Positions 63,495 to 64,000 of a stretch of DNA of 64,000 nucleotides are shown piece after piece. The stretch is taken from positions 1,120,001-1,184,000 of the forward strand of contig CBDIIB010000005.1 in NCBI GenBank assembly GCA_965279525.1, written 5' to 3'. The notes below the pieces were generated by a model, which worked only from the letters and a program-made list of their open reading frames with translations, was not told where the DNA came from and searched no databases. Position 1 is the stretch's first letter. Each line of letters opens with the position of its first letter. The stretch comes from Tagaea sp. (GTDB lineage Bacteria; Pseudomonadota; Alphaproteobacteria; CACIAM-22H2). Both the position numbers and the translations under genes were made by a program.

Positions 63495-64000
63495 ATGTTC
63501 CAAATCAATCGAACAGCCGAAATCGATATCGGTGATCGTATCCGCGACCAGATTCTATCGGGTGAATTGCCGCTAGGCAGCCGGCTGACCCTCGATTTGC
63601 TGGCATCGCGCTATGACGCTGGCCACATGCCAATTCGGGAAGCACTCCGGCGCCTGGAGGGCGAAGGCCTCGTGGTTTTGACACCGAATCGGGGCGCGCG
63701 CGTGAGGGGCGTCGATGTTGATTTCGTCCGCAATGTCTTCGATGTGCGGGTCGCAATCGAATCGATGCTTGTCCGCCGTGCGGCAGAGCGGATCGAACCC
63801 CATCAGATCGTCGAGCTCAAAGCGGTTCAAGCTACCTACGAACGCGCGATCGCGGCCAAAGACTACAAGGGCGCCCTCTCCGACAATCACGAATTCCATC
63901 GGATCATAAATTCTGCGGCCGGGAATCCCGAAGCTTCGGAAATCTTGGACCGTCACTGGGGTCTGATAATTGCCCTGTGGAACAAGTACGAATACGGCGA
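63495..64000 (+). CDS. GntR (FadR/FCD-type) regulator, runs off the window edge
   Basis: Manual translation: RIRDQILSGELPLGSRL..LASRY..GHMPIREALRRLEGEGLV...NHEFH. Confidence 0.9.
   Translation, partial: MFQINRTAEIDIGDRIRDQILSGELPLGSRLTLDLLASRYDAGHMPIREALRRLEGEGLVVLTPNRGARVRGVDVDFVRNVFDVRVAIESMLVRRAAERIEPHQIVELKAVQATYERAIAAKDYKGALSDNHEFHRIINSAAGNPEASEILDRHWGLIIALWNKYEYG

Larger units (their letters stand above)
43183..64000. mobile_element. Putative Tn7-like transposon/genomic island inserted in comM (other end outside the window)
   Basis: comM truncation, TG-initiated Tn7-like end, TnsE-like gene, lower GC and different codon style, IS scars; extent to 64000 inferred from composition and absence of the comM 3' half. 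Confidence 0.7.

Overview
High-GC alphaproteobacterial (Rhodospirillales-like, inferred from gene content and motifs) chromosomal window. Bases 1-42.3 kb are mostly core genome: nth, dapB, a ubiA-dprE1-dprE2-like trio, a TRAP/enolase module, hrcA-grpE-(orphan ORF)-dnaK-dnaJ, rph-rdgB-hemW, lpoA/rsmI/yraN/BON, gshB, oxyR-ahpC-ahpD and a kinase-kinase-HD-GYP cluster. At about 43,183 comM (YifB family) is cut mid-gene by a Tn7-like transposon end, and the DNA becomes visibly lower in GC through the end of the window. Inside this island are a lone TnsE-like gene, then a four-gene operon behind a perfect LexA (SOS) box (small Cys-rich ORF, Lon-like AAA+ ATPase lacking a protease domain, QIKEKFG-motif protein, DEDDh exonuclease), IS scars and two catabolic/ABC cargo modules. 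A second unexplained locus at 22.05-23.15 kb has a near-consensus sigma70 promoter plus an rrn-type boxA firing into two paralogous palindrome/IHF-like/repeat modules with no gene, next to an AT-rich insert bracketed by the split arms of a REP-like element. All family assignments come from motif recognition by eye; no searches were run.
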